Made by a program: the position numbers and the translations under genes
Shown here: positions 1 to 12,534 of the stretch, one piece after another
Layout of the letters: each line of letters starts with the position of its first letter
How positions within the stretch are numbered: the stretch's first letter is position 1
NCBI RefSeq assembly: GCF_035084215.1
Contig: NC_090362.1
Span: 5,580,001-5,644,000, forward strand
DNA from: Heptranchias perlo
Taxonomy: Eukaryota
Reading direction: 5' to 3'
DNA: 64,000 nt
The notes under the pieces: model-generated
The model's database searches: none
The model's input: only the letters and a program-made list of their open reading frames with translations
What the model was told of the DNA's origin: nothing

Positions 1-1743
1 GCTAGATGATGAACCCAGCAGTTCTGGATGGACTAAGAAAAAATAACAGCTTTTAAAGTAGATAAACACAAGGTTATGTATACTGGAACAAGAAACATTA
101 AACAAAGATGGAAATGGATATGGCAATTATTAAAAATCCATTGAAAGTATTCAGTCAACGTTATCAACATTGTTAATTAATCAGATCCTGAGATAAATTT
201 CAAGAACATTTGGTTATAAGTCTTGATTAGATCACTGCCAAAGCTTAATTTTGTGTGAAGCTTTGGGCATATTAATGAATTAGAAACAGTCACAAGAATA
301 ATGAAGATGATTCCAAGGACTTAAGAGTTCTAAATTATGAAAAATTCCTTAGTTATTTTCACTGGAGAAAACATGATATGATTTAGGCTTTTAAAAAAAA
401 TGTGAAATGAATATTCTAGATGCAAGCAGGTTTTTGAGGATATGAGCAAAGAACTTGAGAACACAGGAACAAAATGAAAAAGCCTCAAGCTAGATTTAAG
501 ATTAGAAGGCAATCCCCTGCCGCCCCACCCCTGAAATTCAGTACTGGAAAAATAGAATCGACTCTCAGCTGAATAGGTTCGAAGGGCTGAATGGCCTGCT
601 CCTGTTCCTAAATCAGTTGCTGCCGTTTTGATTAATATAGTTAAAGAACTGAAATAATATCCATATAGCAATGGGCTTTAGAAGCTTAATATGTGCTGAC
701 AGAGATGATTGAATGCAGTGTAGAATATGATGGTTACTGTGTTGCTGTGACCATGAAAATATTATGTCAAAACAATGCATCAAAGACATATAGGATCCAA
801 GGTAATATGGTTATTTTGGAGTTTTAATTGACTTACCTTGGGAAGGAAAGTGAGAAATTACGCAGTACCTTTCCTGCTAAGATGACTAAAGGAGATACAA
901 GACAAATTCGCTGATCCTGCTATCTCAGCGGCAAACACTGTGTTAATTTTGCTCAGAGTAGCCATAGGGACAGCTAGTGTGGAAATAGAAAAAAATCACA
1001 TTGCTGCTGTTTGGGGGGCTCTTTTCTAATGTAACAGTCAAGGCATAGTGTTACGGCAGAGTGGGAGAAACCTTTACTGTATCTCATCATGCTATACTGA
1101 GTTTGGAACGTTCAATGCTGAAATGAATGCCAAAAGTAGTGAAGAAGCATTTTAAGAAAAATTTAGAAAACAAAGGAATTTGGAAGTTGAAATAATTTTA
1201 TTCTAGGCACACATAGTTTTGTTTCCTGAGGGTGCAACCCCATCTTTTTAAGGCATTTTAATGTCCCTGCACAACATCAGAAGCCACAAGAATAAGGTTG
1301 GCATCCCACTCAAAGACCTCTGTCAGTCCAATTCTAAAAATACTCATTAGGAGATGCAAAAGAGTGGTCCAGTGATACCTCTGATACTGTCAATCTCGTT
1401 TTGGTGAAGTGCACAGCTGAAGTCTTCTTGTGGCCTGTGAGGGCATCAACACTCAACCACTTCATTCAGCAGTACGGGAGGACTCCAAGTTACTGTTTGA
1501 TAGCACTTAGCTACTGTAAACGATGAATTAATTTTTGTACTAAGACTGCTGTAGTAAAATGACAAAGAATCTGTTTAATTTTTCCATTACAAGGAAATGA
1601 GATAAAATGATTTACTGCACATTATAGCTTAAAAATCTTTGTTTTTTCTGGTATTGAAATAAATGTTTGTAATACAAAGTACTGGCTTCATATAAATTTG
1701 ATTTACTACAGTTTTAAATTACTGTTAACACTCCATTTTGCAG

Positions 1744-2273
1744 ACATTACTTTGCTGGACAAAAATGAGGTGATTCAGTATACAGGAGAATATGCTGAAA
1801 TTGAGCCAATATATATCGATCTGAACACAAACAGGCCAGAAAACATGTACATACCTGTACATCCTCAACAAAGCCAATCACCAGCTCCTAACAACAATCC
1901 AGTTCGAAGTCAGGGGGAAAATAAGCCACAGAAACCCCCAAAACCAAACGCAGAAATGGACTTCACTCGACCTGTTGTGCCACCCAATCCAAGAACGCTC
2001 ATCAGATCAAGTGATATACAAACATGCGAAGCAAAACACATTGCCTCTATGAGTGAGGTTCCAAAGGACTTACAGCATTTGAGTGTGGGTGAGGTCTGCG
2101 ACTGTTTGAATTTGCTCAACATGGGAAAGTACATTGAGACCTTTCATTCACAGCAGGTTGATGGGCAGTTGCTTTTTGATCTGGACAGAGACATGATGAA
2201 GAACACATTTGGGATGAACAACTTCCACATCATCAAAATGATGCGTTTCCGTGGAGGATGGAGACCAATGTAA
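1744..2273 (+). CDS. Terminal coding exon of a GAREM-like adaptor protein (Tyr motifs, proline-rich SH3-ligand segment, C-terminal SAM domain ending GWRP)
   Basis: Acceptor ccattttgcag at 1733-1743; open frame to TAA 2271-2273. C-terminus VPKDLQHLSVGEVCDCLNLLNMGKYIETFHSQQVDGQLLFDLD...FHIIKMMRFRGGWRPM follows the SAM pattern of GAREM proteins (PxDL..LS..EV...L.....F....IDG.LL..L....GWRP). AATAAA at 2540-2545. Upstream exons were not identified in the window. Confidence 0.75.
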
Positions 2274-3704
2274 CTGAATATATTGCATTCTTGTAAATAA
2301 CATCACAATGAAGTACACTCTGAAACCACTGTGCACTCACTATGTTCATAATCAGATAATTTAAAATGTTAGTATTATATGATTTTACAGCCTGGACATT
2401 TGGTGGACAAACAGCAAATATTTGTAATAGTGTGAGAATCTATAAAATGATTATGGCAATTTTGAAAATGCCAGCAATATCAATACTGTCAATCTACTAA
2501 GTATCCATATCTCAGCTCAAATGTTAATTTGAAAATTTTAATAAAAGAAAACCTGTTACACATTCAATTATTATTACATGATTTTCATATCTACAATATG
2601 CTAAAAATGGACTTTACCAGGAAAACAGAGGCAAGTATGATTGAAACTATTATCTGTTCTTGGGCAGAGAAGGCATCGTCTACTTTGTATTTTGCATTGT
2701 TTTTACATATGATTTTTATATCATAACAATTAATGTTCCAAAACAGACCACTAAATATGAAATTAATTTCAAAACATATTAAAAAATTGGTAGGTGATGT
2801 GAGGGGTAATTTTATGAATTTGTGCTCCTGGCATGGAGCTTTGCTCACTTATTGGGAATAATTTTAACAGATGGAACATTGTGGGAACACCTAAATTCCT
2901 GATATGTACTCCTGGCAGACAAAACTCCAAGCCTGAAGCACAAATTCATAAACTTATCCCCATGGGAGTCAGTGCATTGGTGCTCCAACTTGCTGTACTG
3001 CTGTGAAGTGGTGGGATGTGGCTGTTAACCCTCACTCATGAGGTGTGAAGCAGAGACCTCATTACTCAACAAAAGAAAAACCAGAGGGTGAGTCACTCCC
3101 AATCACTTCAAACAGCTGGTTTCAAAGCCCCATGTTGGAGATATAGAAACACATCAATACACAGAAGTTACAACACAGAAAATGGCCATTCAGCCCAATC
3201 AGTCCCTGTCGACATTTACTTTCCGAGCAAATAGTCCCAATCACCATACCTGCCCTGATCCCATATCTCTTCATTCCCTTTTCCTTCATCCACCTATCCA
3301 ATCTAATCTTGAATGTTGACATAGTTTCTAACTTAATCACTAACTCTGGCAGTGAATTCCACCTAAGAGCAATTTGCCTACTATCTCAGCCACACTTCAT
3401 GTGTGGCTCAGAAAGATCAGACAAGGCTTTGGCGATGCTAATGGCGGAGTAGCTCAAATCATCCAGCAATCAGCGCAGAATCGTAACTCATGGCGTATCT
3501 CTTTTACTCCATAAGTTGCTGGATTTTTTTTACGAATTAATAATGGCGAGTGCCATTAATGCGTCATTCTAATGAAGCGACTTCCCTGCAATTTCCGGCC
3601 CAATGTCTGACTTACATATTACATAAAACTGCTTCTGAAACCAAAATAAGATGTCGAAAACTAAAGTCCTTTCAGAATATTTTAACAGTCTTTGAAGATC
3701 GCTG

Positions 3705-3908
3705 GAAATATATCGACGTTCCTTCATCGTCACTGGGTCAAAATCCTGGAACTCCCTTCCTAACAGCACTGTGGGAGAACCTTCACCACATGGACTGCAG
3801 TGGTTCAAGAAGGCGGCTCACCACCACCTTCTCAAGGGCAATTAGGGATGGGCAATAAATGCCGGCCTTGCCAGCGACGCCCACATCCCATGAACGAATA
3901 AAAAAAAA
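3705..3908 (+). mobile_element. 3' end of a non-LTR retrotransposon (LINE) with A-tail
   Basis: Near-identical to 53900-54100 and, inverted, ~50255-50420; ends ...cccacatcccatgaacgaataaaaaaaa. Confidence 0.7.
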
Positions 3909-4476
3909 TGGACATGCTTCTGCTAATGGAGCCCTGTCTCACCGCTGTTTTGTGAACAAGTGTTTGAAGCATAAGAACTGAAGAACAGGAAAAGCCAGCT
4001 ATACATATATTATCCAAACTGGCTTACAAGCATTCCAAATTAAAGGAGTTCTTACCATGGCCCAGGCTGTAAATTTATTATAAATGAATTTTTCTTTTCA
4101 GGTGTGTGAATTGCAGTCTTCCACCTTTACTGCTTTTAATGTTTGCTTTTGGCACTTCACTTGCTTATCAAAAAAATGCAGAAAATGCTGGAAACACTTA
4201 GCTGGTCAGGCAGTATGCGAAGAGAGGGAAACAGAGTTAATAGGCATGATTTTAACATGGCGGCAGAGGGTCAGCTGGAGGGTGAATAGTTGCCTGGGAA
4301 ACCCGGAAAAAAATTTGCGCATCGGTTTGAGCAATCATGACTGAATTGAAAGCGCTTAATTTTACTTCTGGGTTTCATGTCTCCAAGCTGCGCACCCTCA
4401 TGATGTGCTGTGAATTGGAATACTTAAAGGGCGAGTGCAAACATGAATTTTGAAGGAGAAAGGAGGAGCATCGAAA

Positions 4477-6270
4477 ATGCAGCATTATAGAGCCAAGCCA
4501 GCATCCCATTTCAGCAACGCTTCCCTTGAATTGCTACTGGCTGGTGTCAGAAGTAGGAGGGAAATCTTCTAACCAGTTGACAAGAGGAAGCGATCTGCTT
4601 CTGCCCCTAAGAAGGCATGGTTGAGGTGGCAGAGGAGATCAGTAACAGGAGCACAGTCCCCAGGTCATGGGTGCAACGCAGAAAGCAATTTAATGACCAG
4701 ATCAGGAAAAGTGAGTAAATTTGTTGATTCACCCACATCTTGTGAAAAGACCACCTCCCCCACTCTCACACTGTGTTGGCAAGCCTACTCCATCACATCA
4801 CTCCTGATACCCACTTATATCTCATCAACAACTTACCTTCACTTTCTGTGCACTTCCTCACCTCCCCATTTGTGAACTCACCACTCACCCCAATCCTGGT
4901 GCAATGTGATGAATCTGTCTGATAGTCACTCTCTGATGCATCTGTTTCATTGACAGCCTCACCCAAAGCAATGCATCCATCAGGTAAACACGTCACCTTC
5001 AGTCACTCACAGGTCTGTTCTTTCTCCCCTTGTAGGAGAAGGGAGCGCGAAATGCAAGGGAGAGGAGTAGAATTGGAGGGGGGGGGGGGGGGGGGGAGTC
5101 ACCACATATAGTATTATTGACAAATGCAGAGGAGGAGGCCATGGACATCAGTCGAACGGTTGCATGCCTGGACGTCAGAGTTGGAGAGACTGGCAACCCG
5201 CAGATGGCTGGTGACAGAACTTTAACATCCTTTACATAAATGATGAATTGATGTTATCAATGATTGAACTATTCTATACCTCAGTATGGTCACTGGAAAG
5301 ATTGTCGCTTCTCCGATGTCTTCCAGGACCTTCATGGATTGATGAAGAGGCAGCCGCTATGGAAGAAGGCAATTTCTCAGAGGAGCTCAATTCTTCTGAG
5401 GGCGCACCGTCACATGACATCCATCCATGCACCAGTGCAGATACTGGCACTAGGGGTCCTCTTAGGCAGATAGTTGGGTTGCCACCTGGTGATTCAACAC
5501 TCACAAGCGTACACGAGCAGACACTGGTGGAGAGTCCACATCGGGGGGGCGCACTCCTCTCCAAGCTCTGCTCAGCTGGACACAGATGCTGAATCCTGGA
5601 GAACATCATTGAGATTGAGAATGATAGAGGTACAGCTCCACCATTGCGAAGTAATGGAGAACAGGTCACGCACAGTCTCCACTATAGTGAAGAGGATGGA
5701 GGAGTCCAACTCCATCGCTAGTGGTGGTGTAGGTAAGTGCGGGAATGCCTTCAATGGAGAGAATGGCAGCCTCCATTAAGCTTCAAGCACGGCTTTCAAA
5801 TGAGTCCATGCAGGCCATAACAACCACTGTGCGGACTCTGGATACCAACATGTCTGCCGTCTTAAACAGGCAGACAGATACTTCAGCCGTGGCCTTAGAA
5901 CGCGGCACATCTGCTCACCAGCCTGCTGGCCAGCAGAGTGACGGGAGTGATATTGCCCTGGCCCGGGAGAGGGATGACGACGAAAGGGAACATGGAAGTG
6001 GGGACTCCACTGAAAGCGCTCTCACCTCTCACCCGTTGCCCCCCACTTCAATCAGTACCCGCAAGGCTGCCTCCTCTCCCGATGGCCGAGTCTGCCCCTG
6101 CACAGTCTTTGGCGAGGCCCTCAAGGGCTCCAAAACCCACAGGTCGTAGGCAGAGAGCATCTCATCAGTCAGGACATGAATCTGAGAAACCTGCCACTAT
6201 CTCTACTGAAGCCATAGGGGATGCACCACGTAGAAGCACTGGAAGAGGAAGGCTAAGGTTTTGTAATTCA
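4477..6270 (+). pseudogene. Harbinger Myb/SANT-like (trihelix) DNA-binding protein gene, spliced and disrupted
   Basis: ATG 4477 MQHYRAKPASHFSNASLELLLAGVRSRREIF* (in-frame stop), then frameshifted AW.EVAEEI...WVQRRKQFND..RSGK with donor gtgagt at 4711 and acceptor tgtag at 5035. Downstream acidic, coiled-coil and Pro-rich ORF pieces (5248-6333). Confidence 0.7.
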
Positions 6271-6563
6271 CCAAGGGTATGCACAAGGGTGTTTGATGGT
6301 ATGTCACGTTGTTTATTTATATTTATTTTTTAATCATGCCACATCACCGCTGCCATGATTGCTCATTCTTGAGTACCTTTTGTGAAATCACCCTTTCATG
6401 CGCTTCATCATGAATGCCAAGACATGATGCCACCCATTAGGTGCGTGTGCATATGCTTGGTTGAAAGACTGTTTTGTGCAAATAGAGGGGAGGTGGGGGG
6501 GGGGGGGGGGGGGTGCTGCTGGTGGTGGTGGTTGTTTCAGGTGGCCTGAGTAGTTCACATTCT

Positions 6564-7600
6564 TCAATTTACAGATCTCAATATGAGAACTTTGTTCGAG
6601 ATGAGTGAATCCCTGGCATCACGGGCAGCGATGTGCGCCGCTGCTCTGGCGATGGGTTCCCCGTCTTCATTTTCCTCCTCCTTGTCCTCCTCATTTTCAG
6701 TGTTGCCGGCAGATGAGGATGCTTCATGAGCGCATTCAAGCTCCTCCACCTGTAATCCTCTCTGCTCTGTGCAGGACGCAACACACTATTATTCTGCACA
6801 CCCTCGCTGGCAAGTACTGAAGGGCTCCCCCAGATCTATCCAGGCACATGAAGCGCATCTTCAGCATTCCTATGGCTTGTTCAATGACAGACCTGGTGGT
6901 CATATGGCTCTGGTTGTACCGTTGCTGTGCCTCGTTGGTGAGGTCCCTCACAGGTGTAATGTGCCACATCTGCAGGGGGTATCCCTTGTCTCCAAGCAGC
7001 CAGCCCATAAGTCTGTCTTGTGTGTGGAAGAGGTCTGGGATGTTGCACTCGTGCAAAATGAAGGAATCATGGCAGTTGCCAGAGAATCTGGCACACACCT
7101 GCAGAAACCTCTGGTGGTCACAAACCAGCTGGGCATTGATGGAGTAATATCCCTTTCGGTTTATGAACAGTCCTGGCTCATGTGGAAGCCTTTGGATTGC
7201 TACATGTGTGCAATCAATTGCGCCTGTACCGGTGGGAAGCCAGCCACAGAGTTGAAACCCTCTCAGTCTGGCTGATGTCGTCGCAGGGAAAGTTGGAGTA
7301 ATCGGATGCTCTGGCAAACAAGCCATCCGTCACCTATCATATACACTTACGTGCAGACGACTGGGAGACCCTGGAGATGTCACAGGTGACGCCTTGGAAG
7401 GATCCGGAGGCGAAAAAATTGAGGGCAGTGGTAATTTTACCTGCGATGGGCAATGCATGGCCACCAGGCCCAGCTGGGAGCAGCTCTTCATGAAGGACCG
7501 TGCAGATGTCTGCAACCACTTGACGACTCAATCTCAGCCTGCGTAGGCACTGCTCCTCAAAGAGGTCGAGGAAGCTCAGCTTCTGTCTGTAGACCCTCTC
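6564..7600 (-). pseudogene. Harbinger (HARBI1-like) DDE transposase, frameshifted
   Basis: Motifs GAIDCTHVAI, NRKGYYSINAQLVCD, HDSFIL, GWLLGDKGYPL, VIEQAIGMLKMRFMCLD in ORF 6736-7326; N-terminal HTH piece ALNFFASGSFQ...ISRVSQSS in ORF 7337-7531; acidic tail ending ARDARDSLI. Confidence 0.9.
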
Positions 7601-8327
7601 AGATGGGTAATGCCTCCTGCGACCTTAGCCCCTCCATCGGTCCCCTTTCTGCTCTTCTTCAGGTCCTTATTGCACACCTCTGTCTTGTGCACCTGCAGAT
7701 CCCAGAACTGCACTCCGTGCCTGCCATGGATGGTGATGCGTCTCCTCCTCAGATGTACTGTGAAATAGATCCATTGCGCCCCCCCCCATCCTGATCTTGT
7801 CAGTTCGAGGGGGTCCAAAACATAGGTAAATTTGTCTGAACACAAGAATTCTCAGTGTCAACAAAGAAATCTCAGTCTGAACACAAGGAACTCCCAACCA
7901 AAGGTTTGTCTGAGAGAATTGAGTGCCCGGCTGCGAAACCTCACCTTTTATTGAGATGTGTCATTCACCGGTTTAAACAGCCAAGTGAGCTTCGGCTACA
8001 ACTCGCCTCCGTTTCTATGGCATGTTTCAGAAGCCACGGAAGACACATTCAGTAGAAGTTAAATTCGATTCTGTTGCAGAATCCACAAAAATTTAATCAC
8101 CGTAAGCGTTTGAACTGCCTAAATTATCCCTTTAAATATTGGCCCACCGGCTTTAAGTGCTGGCAGTACTTCTGGATTTCTGTTACGCGCGCGCAAAATA
8201 ACACGCCTGTATCAAGCCCAGAAGTGGGCGTGTTGGAGATAGGATGCAGTCCCGCTCCGAAAATGTACTACTTTCACTGTCCATCCACCCCCAACCCATC
8301 CTGGTTTTGGGGGTTAAAATTACCCCC

Positions 8328-8465
8328 AATGTTTCAGGTCGATGACCTTTCATCAGAACTCATCGACATGAAGCATTAACTCCGTTTCTCTCTCCGTAGA
8401 TGCTGCCTGACCTGCTGAGTTTTTCTCGTATTTTCTGTTTTTATTTCAGACTTCCAGCATCCGCT
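8328..8465. mobile_element. Penelope-like retroelement end with hammerhead motif (inverted arrangement; other arm at ~4175-4241)
   Basis: Minus strand reads gagttCTGATGAaaggtcatcgacctGAAAcatt; it is followed on + by a second partial copy in opposite orientation (tcatcgacatgaagcattaactccgtttctctctccgtagatgctgcctgacctgctgag). Confidence 0.65.
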
Positions 8466-11400
8466 GTATGTTGCTTATGCTTATCAAATAGTTTGATCCC
8501 AAGATCAACCTTTTGCGACCATTAAGTATCTGCACGCTTCTCATGCATCCAACATTTCAAAGCCAGGAGTGAACTTCTGATGCAATTAAAATGGAATGAC
8601 TTCCCTCCAGAAACTGCATAAGTTAGATAGTCCCCGCATTAATATCTCTAGATAGTATATTTATATTGCTTTAACTCACTTCTCCCCCCCCCACCCCACC
8701 CACAAAGACAAAATAATTCCTTTCAGAAAGCAGCTAACAGTTTTAGTTTAAATTCACATATCTAAAATTTCATATTAAAGAAGATCGATATTTTTACAGT
8801 TTGAAGCAAGATAGAACTCTGCTTTCAAAACAGGCTTCTCTTGTGGGATAGTGAGATTTTGAAGCTTGATAAAAGCTAAAATAAATATTTGTCCCATATG
8901 AAGGCAGTTACCTTATACGCACGCATCTCTTGAATTTTGATCTGCTGAACCAGAAATACAGCTTGTCTCAATGGGAGTGTTCCGTGCATATGGGCAAAGC
9001 TGCACTATTCCATTCGTGCATTTGTGTCAGCTATACAGCCCTGAAATATCAACTGTACCATTAACAGAATATCAGCCCCCATCCCTTCAATGAGTCAATA
9101 CCTTTACTAGGAAGAGAGGAAAGAATAAAATCGGTGGGAAAAAACAGGATGAAAGCTGTTCTTTTTCCGTACATCTTCCCTAATTTGTAGAAAGGCTGTC
9201 TGATTGTTTTGTGTCTTGTACTCTATGTAATGACACCCCTCCCCTCCATCAACAGAGAAGAAGGGAGCACATTTTCAGCAGCAGGGAGAGAGAAATTAAA
9301 AGTCCACAGCAAACATCAGAAATTAAAATTGTTCTGAGAAAAAAAGGATAAATTAAAAAGACGACATGATTTTTTTTTTCACTGTCCTGTTGCTTTAAAA
9401 AAGTCTGTGAAATTGTTCATTTTTTGGAACTGCAGTTTGCAGCTGGCTCTGCCCCTTTCCATCCTGCAGTGCAAGCCTTAGTTTTGTTAAGATTAAGAAT
9501 GTTAGAAAGATTTCAATCTTTGTTTTTCCTGCAAAAGCTAATTTTTCCTCAGTTATTTTCAATAGATTTATAACGAGACATGCCGAAGAACAAGAGAATG
9601 ACGACTTGTAACCTACTGGGTATATGGAAGCACATGCTGTCCTATATATGTATACTGGGATTTTTTGTTTTTGGGATATTGAGGTCCTCAGTTTTTGGGT
9701 CTGAACTGAACTGGAGTAATTGAGGGTAACTAACCTGAGTTCACAGACTGAGTGTCAGTTCAAATTATGAAATTATGACTGCTGGTCTTTTATTGTGGCC
9801 ACTTTAGAAGACTGGTTATGTAAATTATGTAAACAGTCTTTAGTTCGCGACATGGGATTGTCACACAGCAATTAGCACTTTTGATTTCATTACCCATAAC
9901 AGGGAATCAATAATTTAAAGTGGTTAAGGAGTTAATGTCGAGCGTAATTAAGGTAACTGGAGTGGTTATGCTGAGCATCGGAGAATGTAAATACTGTTGA
10001 TATCTAAGAAAACTACTTCAGTACAAGACATTCATTTTGACTAATGTAGTGCCTCCAAAATCTTGGGCGATTTAAGGTGGTCCTGCTTTGACTCAGCACT
10101 TGTGTACACTACTTATCATTTTAAATGAGATGAACAAATTATAATTCTGTCTTCCTCAACAGGATTGTGTTACATAGTAAGTAGTTACAATGGTAATAAT
10201 GTAATCAATCAACTAACTGCTTCTGCTTGTTTTATCAGAACATAGGAAATAGGAGCAGGAATAGGCCGAATGGCCCTCCGAGCCTTCTCCGCCATTCAGT
10301 CAGATCATGGTTGATCTTCCACCTCAACTCCACTTTCCTGCCTTATCCCCAATCAGATTTTCAATCCCTAAGGATATACATTTCCGAATTTTGGAAATCT
10401 TCCACTTGTATATTTAAACAGCATACTGGTGGTATGGTCACTTAAGGTAGCAATGGTAAAGAATGGGAAAACTTTTGTGCCTTCACGGATAATGTTTGAA
10501 AATTGGCCCTATACATTTTTAAATCAAAGAGGAATAGCCTAGACCCATTTAAGCTGAAATTTATTTGATAGAATTTATTTGTATTTGATTGGGCAAATCA
10601 TATTTATGACTTTAATTATATCATGATCTTTGTGCAACTTTTATTTCACATTAAATTGATTGCAGCAAGTTTTATAAGTCCACAGGATACAGTGTACCAT
10701 TGTTAAATACACAAAGAGTTAAAAAATAGTAAATGGGAAGTTTGGAGAATTACGAAGTCACAGGATGATGTCTTGTTTTAAATCAATTCGAACTCTTTCA
10801 AATCACTGCTTCTTTAAATTTGCATACCGCAAGACTGAATCTGCTGTGGGTGTGGCTGACTCCAACTATCAAGGTTTTTTTCAAGACGTAATTAACCCCT
10901 TACTTCTATTCTCCCAAGTCATTAAGGTTGAATATTTACTAATCAAAATTTTTCTAAGTTGCAATGCTGAATGTAAATACATCATGCTGTATTAGAGTTT
11001 TTTCTAAGTTTCAGCACTCAAGCTGAGTGCCGCAAGTTTTGTTTTATGCTAATGATTTACTTGTTTTCAGCAGACATCAGAAGAAAATCATCAAATGTTA
11101 CAGCACGGTGGAGTAAGGCTTAGACTCTCAAAGGCTCAGTTTTAACCCATTCAGTGTCTTTTCTCAGCTTCCAAGACAAAGGTGCTCGGGGCGGGGGGGG
11201 GGGGGGGGGGGAGACATGGGAGTTACCTCCGAAAGTAATTGCAAGCAATCCTGTCTACTGTAAAACCATCAAGCTTTTCTGCTCAGTTTCCTCAAACTTT
11301 TCTGCTCAGTTTCCTCAAGAATTTTGAAGAAAAAATCATGGCTACATCTCTGCTTACTCAGAAACAACCTGAATTGCCAGATGTCCTCTCCGTGTCTCCT

Positions 11401-11575
11401 TGGCTTCATTCATTGGAAAGCTTGTTTCCAATATCTTTACTAGTCAGTGAGGCTCAGGTCTCTGTCCAGCAGCCACCTTCTCAAAACCCTATCTCTACAG
11501 GGGAGTCTATTACTCCATCTACTACTATCTGCTGGACCCTATGAATTAGGTTCTAATGTACCAGAGAGATAAGAC

Positions 11576-12490
11576 CATAGGAATTACTAGACGAAAAAAG
11601 ACTAAGGTCCATCTAGTTTGTCGTCTACCATCCTGGTAGTTGCATGGTACAATGATAATGGAGTTCTTGACTAATCATACCAAATAAATCTCTAGCTAGC
11701 GCCTTAGGCCGTTTTACTACGTTAAAGGCTCTATATAAATGCAAGTTGATGTTGTTGTTATCAATTAGTCTACAATCGACCTAGGTACGAGGCGAGGAAA
11801 ATTCCAGCGGCATAGAGCTTTTGGAACCATAGGTACAAAGTCACCTGTTCCTTCCAAGCATGCTACACTTAACACATGTCATTTCAGATTATTCATATAC
11901 TGTATCCCAAAGCAATATTTTCTGAAAGAAATCTACCTCATTTGCATTTGAATGAATCAATACTAACTGCTTCCACCATCTCCCTAGGAAGCCTATTCCA
12001 TAGATTGACCACTCGCTCACTGAAATAATGTTTCCACAGATTAGGTTTGCATTTACCCTCTTTCAAGCACAGGTCTTGTCCTCTGGTTCCACTGTTCTAG
12101 ACAAGGTGAAATAGCTTGTCATGGTCGACATTACCTAGTCCCTTCAGAATTCTATAAACAGCAATCATATCACCTCTCAAACTTCTCTTTTCCAGTGAAA
12201 ACATGGCCAATTTACATAATCGCTGCTCATAATCCAATCCCTCTATCCCCTCAATCATTCTGGTTGCTCTCTTCAGTATCCTTTCCATAGCAGCAATATC
12301 ATTGTACTGTGGTGATAAGAACTGTACACAGTATTCTAAGTGTGGTTGCACTAATGATTTATAAAGTGGCAGGATTACCTCACTATTTTGGCTCAATATT
12401 GACCTTTTAATACATCTGATTTGCTTTACTCACTGCCACTGAGCATTGCTGCAATAGATTCAATTTATTGTCTATCAGGACGCTTAGATC
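11576..12490 (-). mobile_element. CR1-clade LINE 3' fragment
   Basis: ORF 12097-12396 LYKSLVQPHLEYCVQF...LEKRSLRGDMIAVYRILKG is the CR1 ORF2 C-terminal signature. Confidence 0.9.
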
Positions 12491-12534
12491 CATGTACAAT
12501 CTTTCCTTCCCTTCCTGGATTTTTTGTCTCCATG

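Larger units (their letters stand above)
4242..8327. mobile_element. Full-length degenerate PIF/Harbinger DNA transposon (transposase plus Myb/SANT-like gene, convergent)
   Basis: Imperfect TIRs AGGCATGATTTTAAC (from 4242) and GTTAAAATTACCCCC (to 8327); 3-bp TSD AAT at 4239-4241 and 8328-8330. Removing the element restores gagttaatgtttcaggtcgatgacc, matching the uninterrupted repeat copy at 50941-50990 (reverse complement). Confidence 0.88.

Noticed and set aside
9580-9625. Short ATG-initiated frame (MPKNKRMTTCNLL) followed by a GT, as a possible alternative upstream exon
   Set aside because: Weak donor and no recognisable homology; cannot be supported without transcripts.
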